Below, piece by piece: positions 1 through 7,452 of a stretch of 53,155 nt of DNA. Each line of letters starts with the position of its first letter. Position 1 is the first letter of the stretch. The notes under the pieces were generated by a model. It was not told the DNA's origin. It made no database searches and saw only the letters and a program-made list of their open reading frames with translations. Source of the stretch: a virus. Its lineage: Duplodnaviria > Caudoviricetes. The position numbers were made by a program, and so were the translations under genes. Location: positions 1-53,155 of the IMG/VR virus record IMGVR_UViG_3300038797_000097. One strand, 5' to 3'.

Positions 1-330
1 ATGAGATTTATATTCCTCTTTATCAGCGCAATTTCTATTCCATGTTATGCAGCGTCAGAAGCAATGCAACTTCATTACTGCGAAACTGTTAAAAAAGCAG
101 CAAGTGGAGTGATGGATGCTAGACAACATGAGGTGCCAGCTAAAGAGTTGCATGACATAGCGAATCATCTTGAAGAGGAACAAGCCAAACAAATTTATCA
201 AGAGCTTATCAAATCTGCATATTCTTCAAAATTATTTGAAGACCCTCTCATCAAGTCAAAAGCTGTCGAAAATTTCCAAACGACTTGGCATGAACAATGT
301 TTAGCAAAAGATTTAGCTAAAAATATATGA
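1..330 (+). CDS. Secreted hypothetical protein with two Cys; paralog of 4168-4512
   Basis: Signal-peptide-like N-terminus; shares C..(A)..ARQ..P, AY and C-terminal C pattern with 4168-4512. Confidence 0.7.
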   Translation: MRFIFLFISAISIPCYAASEAMQLHYCETVKKAASGVMDARQHEVPAKELHDIANHLEEEQAKQIYQELIKSAYSSKLFEDPLIKSKAVENFQTTWHEQCLAKDLAKNI

Positions 331-632
331 GGGCGTTAGTGGGAAAATGTGAGGATAGATTATTCAGTCAAAAAACTTAATGAAACTAGGACTGCTATTC
401 CATAAATCTGGTGATTTAAGAAAAGTTAGACAGTTTGCTGAGAAGTACAAAGCTTAAGCTGGTTTATATAGACAGCATATTCTTGAATAAGGCGCATAAG
501 AAGGTGACGCAACGACCGGAGAAGACTTAAATGCTGACGTGCGATACTTAACTGCGAACACGCGACGTAATACAACGCGCTTGTTGACACCTTGTATGAC
601 TATTCTATTGACAGCGACGCTACGATTCTGTA

Positions 633-661
633 TTGACACGCCTGTCATTAGTAAATATGAT
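633..661 (+). promoter_or_regulatory. Near-consensus sigma70 promoter
   Basis: TTGACA (633-638), 17-bp spacer, TATGAT (656-661). Confidence 0.7.
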
Positions 662-705
662 GACCATAACAGACTATCACGGACTATAACGGACCGTAAC
701 AGACT
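661..705 (+). repeat. 10-bp tandem repeat, about 4.5 copies
   Basis: tgaccataac agactatcac ggactataac ggaccgtaac agact. Confidence 0.85.
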
Positions 706-743
706 GACTATCGAAAGCGGCTTCTAAGGATGTCGCTTTATTT
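668..743 (+). ncRNA. Candidate small RNA (~75 nt) or attenuated leader made of tandem repeats
   Basis: Lies between the promoter at 633-661 and the terminator-like hairpin at 714-743; the start is inferred. Confidence 0.45.
714..743 (+). terminator. Terminator-like hairpin
   Basis: AAAGCGGC (714-721) pairs with GTCGCTTT (732-739, one G-U), followed by ATTT. Confidence 0.55.
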
Positions 744-768
744 GTCACATAAGTAAATAGGAAAAGTT

Positions 769-837
769 ATGAAAAGATTAAACCACTTTGTTGAAAACTT
801 CTCAGCTATGGTTTTATCTGAGGGCTGGGATCTGTAA
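769..837 (+). CDS. 22-aa peptide MKRLNHFVENFSAMVLSEGWDL (not in the ORF track)
   Basis: AGGAAAAG upstream of ATG 769; TAA 835-837 followed by TAATG overlapping the next start at 840. Confidence 0.55.
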   Translation: MKRLNHFVENFSAMVLSEGWDL

Positions 838-839
838 TA

Positions 840-1490
840 ATGTTTAAATTAACCGAAAGCAGAGTTGCTGTCTTAATTGCAATCTCTGCTTTTTTTATGA
901 TTCTAATTCCTAAAGTACCTATCTTTATTGACTTTGCTAATTTCAATGGGTGGCAAAGATCTGATGTCTTTGTGTTTATTCAAACAATAGTAATTGCGAT
1001 TTCTGCTGTAATTGCTTTCATGACAATTAATGCGTCCAAAAAGACAGCTAAGGAAAGAGCAACCTTAGATATAATTATTGATGACTATCGAGACACAAAT
1101 TTATTCGAAGCAAAAACAGATATATATGATTTCATTGATAACACTGTCGAGTATAAGCTGCGGAATCCAGATGTTTCTAAGGATGCTTTAGCTGAAATTT
1201 GTCGTTCACATGATTCCGATTTGAAAGAAGGCGATAAAAGATTAAAAAAGAACCTCATGTTGGTTCTTAATAGAAATGAGTTCTATTCCAGTGCCATTAA
1301 TACAGGCTTGTTGGATGAGATTTTATTCAAAAGGGTTCATTGTGCGAATATTATAAAATTATGGGATAAGCTTTATCCAACAGTTAACCAAATAAGACAA
1401 GTAGCGAAAAAAGATACTTTGTTTATGGACTTGGAAATATTGGCTGCGAGATGGAAAGCTAATCCGTTAAAAACAGATGATATTAAGTGA
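840..1490 (+). CDS. DUF4760-like membrane-anchored protein
   Basis: Two N-terminal hydrophobic helices; C-terminal VLNRNEFY..AI..G..DE.LFK...W..L.P...R....LF..LE.LA.RW pattern. Confidence 0.7.
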   Translation: MFKLTESRVAVLIAISAFFMILIPKVPIFIDFANFNGWQRSDVFVFIQTIVIAISAVIAFMTINASKKTAKERATLDIIIDDYRDTNLFEAKTDIYDFIDNTVEYKLRNPDVSKDALAEICRSHDSDLKEGDKRLKKNLMLVLNRNEFYSSAINTGLLDEILFKRVHCANIIKLWDKLYPTVNQIRQVAKKDTLFMDLEILAARWKANPLKTDDIK

Positions 1491-1510
1491 CCACCTTAGG
1501 GTGGTTTTTT
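1490..1510 (+). terminator. Rho-independent terminator
   Basis: ACCACC-TTAG-GGTGGT followed by a T run. Confidence 0.8.
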
Positions 1511-1563
1511 ATTGCACCATTATTAACCACTTGCTAAATTACCCCTAAACATAGGGGTATTTT

Positions 1564-2412
1564 ATGGAACAAAAAGTTTTAGGGACTTTATTCGGTATTG
1601 AATTACATAATCCAGTAATTAGATCTGAAATTAGATCACTTATTAAAGCAAAAAATGAATATGCGAATAAAAAAGCAACTGAGGAAAATTTAACATTCCA
1701 ACAGGCACTACTAGATGCTGGAGATATAGTTGATGAATTTCTAGGAGCTCTTAATGAAGAGGACAGCAAAAAGTTTGTTGACTTGTATACAGAAGAGTTA
1801 CTTGCTGCCCAAGATGAAAGTTTAGATCTGAAGAAAATTGAGAACCCCTCAGAGGCTGAAAGCTACCATCTACAAGCACAATTTATATTTAATGAGCTTT
1901 CAGCAAATTTAAAAGTTTATGGTTCGAATTCAGTTTTAAGAGGAGCGAATCCAGCTAATGTAGGCCTAGCTTTAGAATATATTGATCGCAGCTTAGAACT
2001 TGAACCTGAAAACCCTATATATCTAAATTTAAAAGGGCTACTTATTTGGAATGGCTTAGGCGATAAAGGATTAGCAAAGCCATTTATTGAAAAAGCTGCA
2101 AAACTTGATCCAAGAAATATTACCATTCAACATAATCTTAAATCTTTGCAAGATCCTAATGGGTGCTTTATTGCTACAGCCGCATTTGGAACTCCATTAG
2201 CATATGAAGTAAATGAGTTAAGATATTGGCGTGATACTTCTTTAACTAATCATTTATTAGGCAAGTTAATAATCCAGTTTTATTATAAGGTTAGTCCACC
2301 AATTGCGAAGCTTATCAAAAAAAGCCAGATTACAAGGTCGTTCATTAGGCTATTATTGAAGCCAGTCATTAGATATGTTTCAAAAGTAAATAAATCTAAG
2401 ACTATTAATTAA
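1564..2412 (+). CDS. TPR protein with C-terminal CFI-box-CTERM-like domain
   Basis: TPR-like ALEYIDRSLELEPEN / FIEKAAKLDPRN; GCFIATAAFG..EV..LR.WRD..L....GK..I.FYY.VSP motif. Confidence 0.75.
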   Translation: MEQKVLGTLFGIELHNPVIRSEIRSLIKAKNEYANKKATEENLTFQQALLDAGDIVDEFLGALNEEDSKKFVDLYTEELLAAQDESLDLKKIENPSEAESYHLQAQFIFNELSANLKVYGSNSVLRGANPANVGLALEYIDRSLELEPENPIYLNLKGLLIWNGLGDKGLAKPFIEKAAKLDPRNITIQHNLKSLQDPNGCFIATAAFGTPLAYEVNELRYWRDTSLTNHLLGKLIIQFYYKVSPPIAKLIKKSQITRSFIRLLLKPVIRYVSKVNKSKTIN

Positions 2413-2434
2413 AATTAGAAATGTGGATAAATTC

Positions 2435-2518
2435 ATGAAAAAGATAATTGTGTTGAGCTTTGCTATTTCCTTAAGTGGCTGTGTTACTTCAGTAACTCAA
2501 ATGATGAATAATAAATAG
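2435..2518 (+). pseudogene. Truncated lipoprotein (MKKIIVLSFAISLSGCVTSVTQMMNNK*)
   Basis: Complete signal peptide and LSGC lipobox, then a stop 11 residues after the Cys. Confidence 0.5.
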
Positions 2519-2531
2519 AGTAATAGTGTAG

Positions 2532-3014
2532 ATGGCTAAACAAAGAAGGCTTCTTAAAACTCCACCAGAAAAATTGCATGAACTTCTAAAAATGCAAAAA
2601 ATTATTGATGAAGAAATCATAATGGAACTGAGTGCGGATCGGACAACAGCATCCTACAGGACAAGGGTGGTTATGGATGAACTGATGACAACTATCCCTG
2701 GATTGGAGTTGAAACTAATATCCAACAGAAGCCCAAATGGATTCGTCTATCACAGTTTTTCTTTAATATTTAACGTTATCAACCATTCAGATGTTTTTGC
2801 GCAGCTTGAGATTGAACCAAGCGACAAGTTGAGCCATCGTAATGAAGATGGTTCAGAAATTTATGGTGCTCATTGGTATATAATTGGAGAAACGACCAAA
2901 GTTAAGGATGATGAATCTTTCGATTGGTATAATTGGTTTAAAGAATTTAGAGTTAAGACCAATTTAACTATCTTTGGTCAGTGTTATCAACCATTTGAAG
3001 GAGAGCTTATATGA
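2532..3014 (+). CDS. Hypothetical protein, DUF6978-like
   Basis: HRNEDG..I.G.HW motif; ATGA overlap with the next gene. Confidence 0.55.
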   Translation: MAKQRRLLKTPPEKLHELLKMQKIIDEEIIMELSADRTTASYRTRVVMDELMTTIPGLELKLISNRSPNGFVYHSFSLIFNVINHSDVFAQLEIEPSDKLSHRNEDGSEIYGAHWYIIGETTKVKDDESFDWYNWFKEFRVKTNLTIFGQCYQPFEGELI

Positions 3015-3727
3015 GTAATGTTGCTAGCATTATCCAGTCATTGGGCTCTGAGTGCTTTGATAAAGACAAGGAGTGGCTGGGAGTAACTACACCACACTTT
3101 TTTGCTGATGGTAGACCTTCAACCTATTATATTAAGACCTCAAAAGATCGTGTTTGGATTCGTGATGTTGGTTTAAACATGAGAATGTTTGCAGATAATT
3201 TGCCAATGCCAGACAAGGCAAGGGAAATTATTAAACGTCAAATCAATCAAACTTCAGACAGTATTTTATTTAATGGAACTGAATTGCAGATTGAGGCTTC
3301 TATCGCGGAACTCAAACCAGCGATAAGTGCTATGCTTGGCCTATTATCTCGAATTACATCATATTGCCCTAGTTCTTCTGAGGAACAATCTTTTGATGAG
3401 GTTGTGACTAAGATTAAAGGCTTCTTATTTTTGCAATATGGAAGCATCTTGGAGCAAAATATTGATGTACTTGGTGCCTCTGGAGCTAAACATCATTTTG
3501 CTTTTAAAGCAGGATCAAAATTTATTGATGTGTGTGAGCCAACCTCCGAAAATACAGGGAAGCTACTGAGAAAAGGTTTAGACCTATCCAATTTTGTGGA
3601 AAATTTATCATTACAAGTTTTTATGGATGATAGAGAAAAGAGTAAAGTTTTTAAAAGAGAAGCGGAGATATTATCAAATCTGTACGCTGTAACGCCGATC
3701 AGTAGAGTTTTGAACCTAACCTCCTAA
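3011..3727 (+). CDS. DUF1828/DUF1829-like protein
   Basis: N-terminal VTTPHFFADG...YI....WIRDVG and C-terminal GASGAKHHFAF motifs. Confidence 0.6.
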   Translation: MSNVASIIQSLGSECFDKDKEWLGVTTPHFFADGRPSTYYIKTSKDRVWIRDVGLNMRMFADNLPMPDKAREIIKRQINQTSDSILFNGTELQIEASIAELKPAISAMLGLLSRITSYCPSSSEEQSFDEVVTKIKGFLFLQYGSILEQNIDVLGASGAKHHFAFKAGSKFIDVCEPTSENTGKLLRKGLDLSNFVENLSLQVFMDDREKSKVFKREAEILSNLYAVTPISRVLNLTS

Positions 3728-3775
3728 CAAACCGAAACATATACTATAAATACCCTCAAGTAGGAGGGTATTTTT

Positions 3776-4056
3776 ATGAAAAAGCTTACTTTTTTAGGAA
3801 TAATTATTTTAAGTTTAGCTGGGTGACTGCAGAAATTGTAGCTATAGGTGCTGTACTTTATGCTTTCACAGACTTCAGTAGGAGGTATATTTAGGAGTAT
3901 GAGCTCATTAAAAATAGGAGTGATAAAGCGAACTACTGAATAGCTTCTTCTCAAAATAAATTTGCTGTACCTATTGCAGAAAAGGAATATCCTACTTATC
4001 AGGGCAGGATGCCAGCTTACGAATACCAATTTAAGCTTTTAGATATAGATGATAAG
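3776..4056 (+). pseudogene. Degenerate lipoprotein gene
   Basis: MKKLTFLGIIILSLAG then TGA (3824-3826) where the lipobox Cys is expected; downstream fragments GGIFRSMSSLKIGVI and FAVPIAEKEYP..YEYQFKLLD are broken by stops and frame changes; the end is approximate. Confidence 0.5.
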
Positions 4057-4167
4057 GGAGCTTCCTTAAAACCCAAAGCTATTGTTGTTGATAATAATAT
4101 ATTTAATAAATAATTTAGGTTAAGTAGTTATGAAAAATTCAACACTACAAAATTTGTGGGAACTAAT

Positions 4168-4512
4168 ATGAAAAAGCTTTTATTTTTAGCTATATCTACA
4201 TTTATTTCTACCCAAACTTTTGCTAATGAGCCACTCACAACTGATAAAATAGTTGAGAAATGCTCAGGGTTTGCTGAGGTGGCGGAATCTGCAGTACAAG
4301 CTAGGCAAAAAGGCATCCCTGCTGCACATATGTACAAATCACTAATCAATAAGGATAAAAATACACAAGCCATATTAAAACTTGCGCTTGAAGGGGCATA
4401 CAAAACACCTTTGGGAAGATCAAAGGAAGAAAAAGAAACTATAATTCTTGAATACACAAATGAAACTTTTAACGATTGTATGAAATTTCTTACTGAATAT
4501 AGTGGGAAATAG
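4168..4512 (+). CDS. Secreted hypothetical protein; paralog of 1-330
   Basis: MKKLLFLAIST..TFA signal peptide; two Cys. Confidence 0.7.
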   Translation: MKKLLFLAISTFISTQTFANEPLTTDKIVEKCSGFAEVAESAVQARQKGIPAAHMYKSLINKDKNTQAILKLALEGAYKTPLGRSKEEKETIILEYTNETFNDCMKFLTEYSGK

Positions 4513-4538
4513 AAGTTATAAAATGAGATTAAAGCACC

Positions 4539-5015
4539 CTAAGGTGCTTTAGCCAACCGAGTTACTGCGGCTTGAATAATATCAGGTAAAAGCTCTTTTT
4601 TAGGACCTTCACGGTCAGCAATAATTTTTACAATATTCTCACTAGTTAAAATCCAACAATCATTTGGAATGAATTGGATCTGAGGTTTTCCATCAAAATG
4701 ATTAATAGTTAAAAACATCCTTTGAGAGTGCATTATTCTAGTAATTATTGCTCTTACAATCTCTTCTTCAGGATAATTTGGCTTTTCTGGCACGTCACCA
4801 CCTAACCGGGTGATCTGATCATGTAAACTCCAATAATAAGTCATGATTTGATTTTGAGTTTCCTTCTCAAGTAAATCAAAAGAAGAAGGGGTATTAGTTT
4901 GGATAGATACCTCATTTGTTCCTGTTGAGTATGCTGTTGGTGCACCACACTTAGGACATGCATAAGCAAGATTGCTAAATTTTTTCTCACATTCTTTACA
5001 GTTGATTAAAGTCAT
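4539..5015 (-). CDS. Zinc-ribbon domain protein
   Basis: MTLINCKEC...ACPKCGAP double CxxC. Confidence 0.7.
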   Translation of the reverse strand: MTLINCKECEKKFSNLAYACPKCGAPTAYSTGTNEVSIQTNTPSSFDLLEKETQNQIMTYYWSLHDQITRLGGDVPEKPNYPEEEIVRAIITRIMHSQRMFLTINHFDGKPQIQFIPNDCWILTSENIVKIIADREGPKKELLPDIIQAAVTRLAKAP

Positions 5016-5177
5016 TTCTCTTTCTCTAAATTGGTTTTTAGAGTCTATAAACTTACTTTGTAATAGTTACAGGTTGATTTTCTTCGTTATACCAAAATAA
5101 TTTTAAATATGAGTTATTAAGATCCATTCGATAAGAAACAGTCGGGCGTAACTTATTTTAGCTAACCATTAGACAAT

Positions 5178-5215
5178 AAAAAAACCACCTAATTCTTTCG
5201 AATTAAGTGGTTTTT
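5178..5215. terminator. Bidirectional terminator, probably the pre-integration tRNA-Gly terminator
   Basis: A run-CCACCTAATTC-TTTC-GAATTAAGTGG-T run, directly downstream (minus strand) of the duplicated tRNA 3' end. Confidence 0.7.
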
Positions 5216-5220
5216 AAATT

Positions 5221-5272
<52 letters not shown>

Positions 5273-5306
5273 AATAAATATTAAATAACAATAGGTTATG
5301 TTTTAA

Positions 5307-5327
5307 TGGTGCCGAAGTGGTGTCGAA
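5307..5327. promoter_or_regulatory. Probable integrase arm-type sites
   Basis: Tandem TGGTGCCGAA / TGGTGTCGAA; TGGTGTCG recurs at 50594-50655 near the other att. Confidence 0.65.
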
Positions 5328-5391
5328 TAATTTTTTACAAATTTTTTAGGGCTTCGGTTATTATTTTAGCAAAATTTTAAAGACCGCTTAA

Positions 5392-6036
5392 TTGAAAATG
5401 CAAAAAATTACTTTTTATTTAATATCGCTACTTCTCGTATTTTTTATATGTTTAGGCCTATCTATTGTAATTAAAGATTTTTATAAAATAGAGGGTGATT
5501 ACCTATCAGCTTTTTCTACTCTAGTAGCAGCAGGAACAGCATTCTTTTTAGTAGCAGATTGGAAAGAACAATCCTTACTAAATATTTTTCTCCAAACATC
5601 AAGTAGAGTAACAATTTTATGTGATGATTTATTTGACTCATATGATAATTTCTATAATTTTCTTTATGACATGAAAGATAATGATCTTGATGAAATTCAA
5701 CAAAATAACTTTAGAGTGCAAAGCAAAATTTTCATGAATACTATTGAAAATCTTTTGTTAGAAATGGATCGACAAAAGATTCTATTAAAAAAAATTAAAA
5801 ACAGAAGAGTTGAGTATTCAAAGTACTATCAAAATTTATTAAATTTTGATAGTGAACTTATGGCCTTAGTTAAGAAATTAGATAAAACAAAATATGACTA
5901 TCAACAGCATAAAAAGGTAATAAATATTTATAAAGTTTTAACTTATGACAACCTTAGATTTCGTGAAATTATTTTAGATTATAAATATTTAATTAAAGAT
6001 GACTCCAATCATGTGATTTCGGACTTATTAAGTTAA
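5392..6036 (+). CDS. Cargo membrane protein (2 TM plus helical cytoplasmic domain)
   Basis: AT-rich; DYLSAFSTLVAAGTAFFLVADWKEQ resembles 42701-43402. Confidence 0.7.
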   Translation: MKMQKITFYLISLLLVFFICLGLSIVIKDFYKIEGDYLSAFSTLVAAGTAFFLVADWKEQSLLNIFLQTSSRVTILCDDLFDSYDNFYNFLYDMKDNDLDEIQQNNFRVQSKIFMNTIENLLLEMDRQKILLKKIKNRRVEYSKYYQNLLNFDSELMALVKKLDKTKYDYQQHKKVINIYKVLTYDNLRFREIILDYKYLIKDDSNHVISDLLS

Positions 6037-6038
6037 TT

Positions 6039-6062
6039 AAAGGCGCATATAGCGCCTTTTTT
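6039..6062. terminator. Bidirectional terminator
   Basis: AAAGGCGC-ATATA-GCGCCTTTT between convergent genes. Confidence 0.75.
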
Positions 6063-6357
6063 AGTTCTTCCGTCTCGACTGCCGCTGCTGCCTTTGAATA
6101 TTCAGGTTTTCAAGGATGGGTATAACTTCATTCGGATCGTAAAGATGCTTACCATCAGTACCTTTATTGAATGGTCGAAGCTCATCAATAATCAATTTAC
6201 GAGACAGGCTATAGCGTTCCATTAACCATGCTGCAGTAACACGGTTCGGTATTTCCTCAGCTTTCATTTCAATGACTTTCCCAACATTAGGAATGATTTC
6301 ATGAATGAACACCTGAGGCGGTTTTTCTGCTTCAACAACGACTATATATTTTCCCAT
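6061..6357 (-). CDS. Probable excisionase / recombination directionality factor
   Basis: Last gene of the leftward early operon near att; winged-HTH-like RVTAAWLMERYSLSRK...GKHLYDP; basic tail. Confidence 0.5.
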   Translation of the reverse strand: MGKYIVVVEAEKPPQVFIHEIIPNVGKVIEMKAEEIPNRVTAAWLMERYSLSRKLIIDELRPFNKGTDGKHLYDPNEVIPILENLNIQRQQRQSRRKN

Positions 6358-6387
6358 ACCTTATACCTATCTAATTACCCCTAAATA

Positions 6388-6452
6388 CTGCAATGTTCTC
6401 AAGAGTGACCGCAGAGGGTCAGCAATACAGTCACTCATGTAGAACATCGCAG
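6388..6452 (-). promoter_or_regulatory. Long irregular RNA hairpin upstream of putative xis
   Basis: Minus-strand RNA: CUGCGAUGUUCU/AGAACAUUGCAG and GAGUGACUGUA/UGCGGUCACUC; mismatches become G-U pairs only on the minus strand. Confidence 0.6.
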
Positions 6453-6465
6453 CTCTAAAATTGTT

Positions 6466-6609
6466 TTACTTTCTCCAAGTCGCTTCTTTAAATTTCGCCT
6501 CATCCACCAAGCTATCGATTTGAGACGGGTTCACATTGTCGTAGTAATGATTCATCAAGTTGCCGAACACAATCAGTGTTCGTGCTGAGGATGAGTAACG
6601 GAAGCTCAT
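6466..6609 (-). CDS. 47-aa phage protein MSFRYSSSARTLIV...KEATWRK (not in the ORF track)
   Basis: ATGA overlap with 6606-6818; TAA at 6466-6468. Confidence 0.6.
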   Translation of the reverse strand: MSFRYSSSARTLIVFGNLMNHYYDNVNPSQIDSLVDEAKFKEATWRK

Positions 6610-6818
6610 ATAAATTCCTCCATGGCTTCAAAGGCATTTTTACGGGCAGAAGCCTGATTCTTGAGTAAAGAGATATGAGCATCTTTAATCAGCTCATTGC
6701 TCTGCATGACACGTTGCTTGGCGTGGAGGGCAGAGGTCGCTTCAATACGACCCCTTAGAGTGCCATTGCCATGTAGTTTGGCAACATACCTAAAGATATA
6801 GGTACTTAAGCGCTCCAT
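6606..6818 (-). CDS. Phage hypothetical protein
   Basis: Overlaps its neighbours in the early operon. Confidence 0.65.
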   Translation of the reverse strand: MERLSTYIFRYVAKLHGNGTLRGRIEATSALHAKQRVMQSNELIKDAHISLLKNQASARKNAFEAMEEFI

Positions 6819-7441
6819 CCCTCCATGTCCTTTTTTGCCTTACATGCCTTCACAATCTGGCTTTCAAAGCTCGTACCTTTGAAGCGTTTATAAATCGTGG
6901 CCAGATCTGCTTCATTCTGTGTATGTTGAATGGCTTGCAGCGCTTGCTGGAATTCAGCCGTAAGTTGTTGGGCTGCGTTCGGCGGTTGCTGTTGGTTTTG
7001 TGGTGTTTGCTGCTGTTGAGACTGAGCTGTCTTTTCTTCCTCAGGTAAGTCTTCACCAGCATAGATATATAAACCTAAACCGTGTACGGCAATCCCTTTA
7101 ACCAGACATCGCATCATGGCCTTGTTGATGTCAAAGGCATTCGGTTTAGCAATCGCTTTATTTCGATAGTCCATCACAGGTAAAAACATGTACATGGTTT
7201 TACCGAATACGGTGACATCACAATGGACCATCATAGATCCGTCTGGAAAATTCATCGGATCACGGAAAGCCCAGTTTGCTTGTGGATCTATGCGCATTAG
7301 TTTGTCCACGGCCCAAGCCCAAGACAGATATGACATGTTGTTTTTCTTTTCGATATGTCCTGATACGCTAATCGCTGCTAACTGTTCAAAGTGGTTAGCA
7401 CTTTCATTGTTTAAAACGGTTGGATTAATTGCTGCATTCAT
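6806..7441 (-). CDS. Sak/Rad52-like single-strand annealing protein (DUF1071)
   Basis: YLSWAWA, LPVMDYRNK, INKAMMRCLVK.IA.HGLGLYIYAGEDLP motifs. Confidence 0.85.
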   Translation of the reverse strand: MNAAINPTVLNNESANHFEQLAAISVSGHIEKKNNMSYLSWAWAVDKLMRIDPQANWAFRDPMNFPDGSMMVHCDVTVFGKTMYMFLPVMDYRNKAIAKPNAFDINKAMMRCLVKGIAVHGLGLYIYAGEDLPEEEKTAQSQQQQTPQNQQQPPNAAQQLTAEFQQALQAIQHTQNEADLATIYKRFKGTSFESQIVKACKAKKDMEGWSA

Positions 7442-7452
7442 TTTTCTTATCC

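Noticed and set aside
661-705. CRISPR array or canonical type III antitoxin
   Set aside because: Repeats are 10 bp with no spacers, no cas genes are present, and units are too short for ToxI-type pseudoknots
454-727. ORFs 454-648 (-) and 539-727 (+)
   Set aside because: No RBS, biased composition produced by the repeats, and they overlap a clear promoter and terminator
2422-2430. Isolated DnaA box TGTGGATAA
   Set aside because: Single site with no origin-like context; plausible by chance
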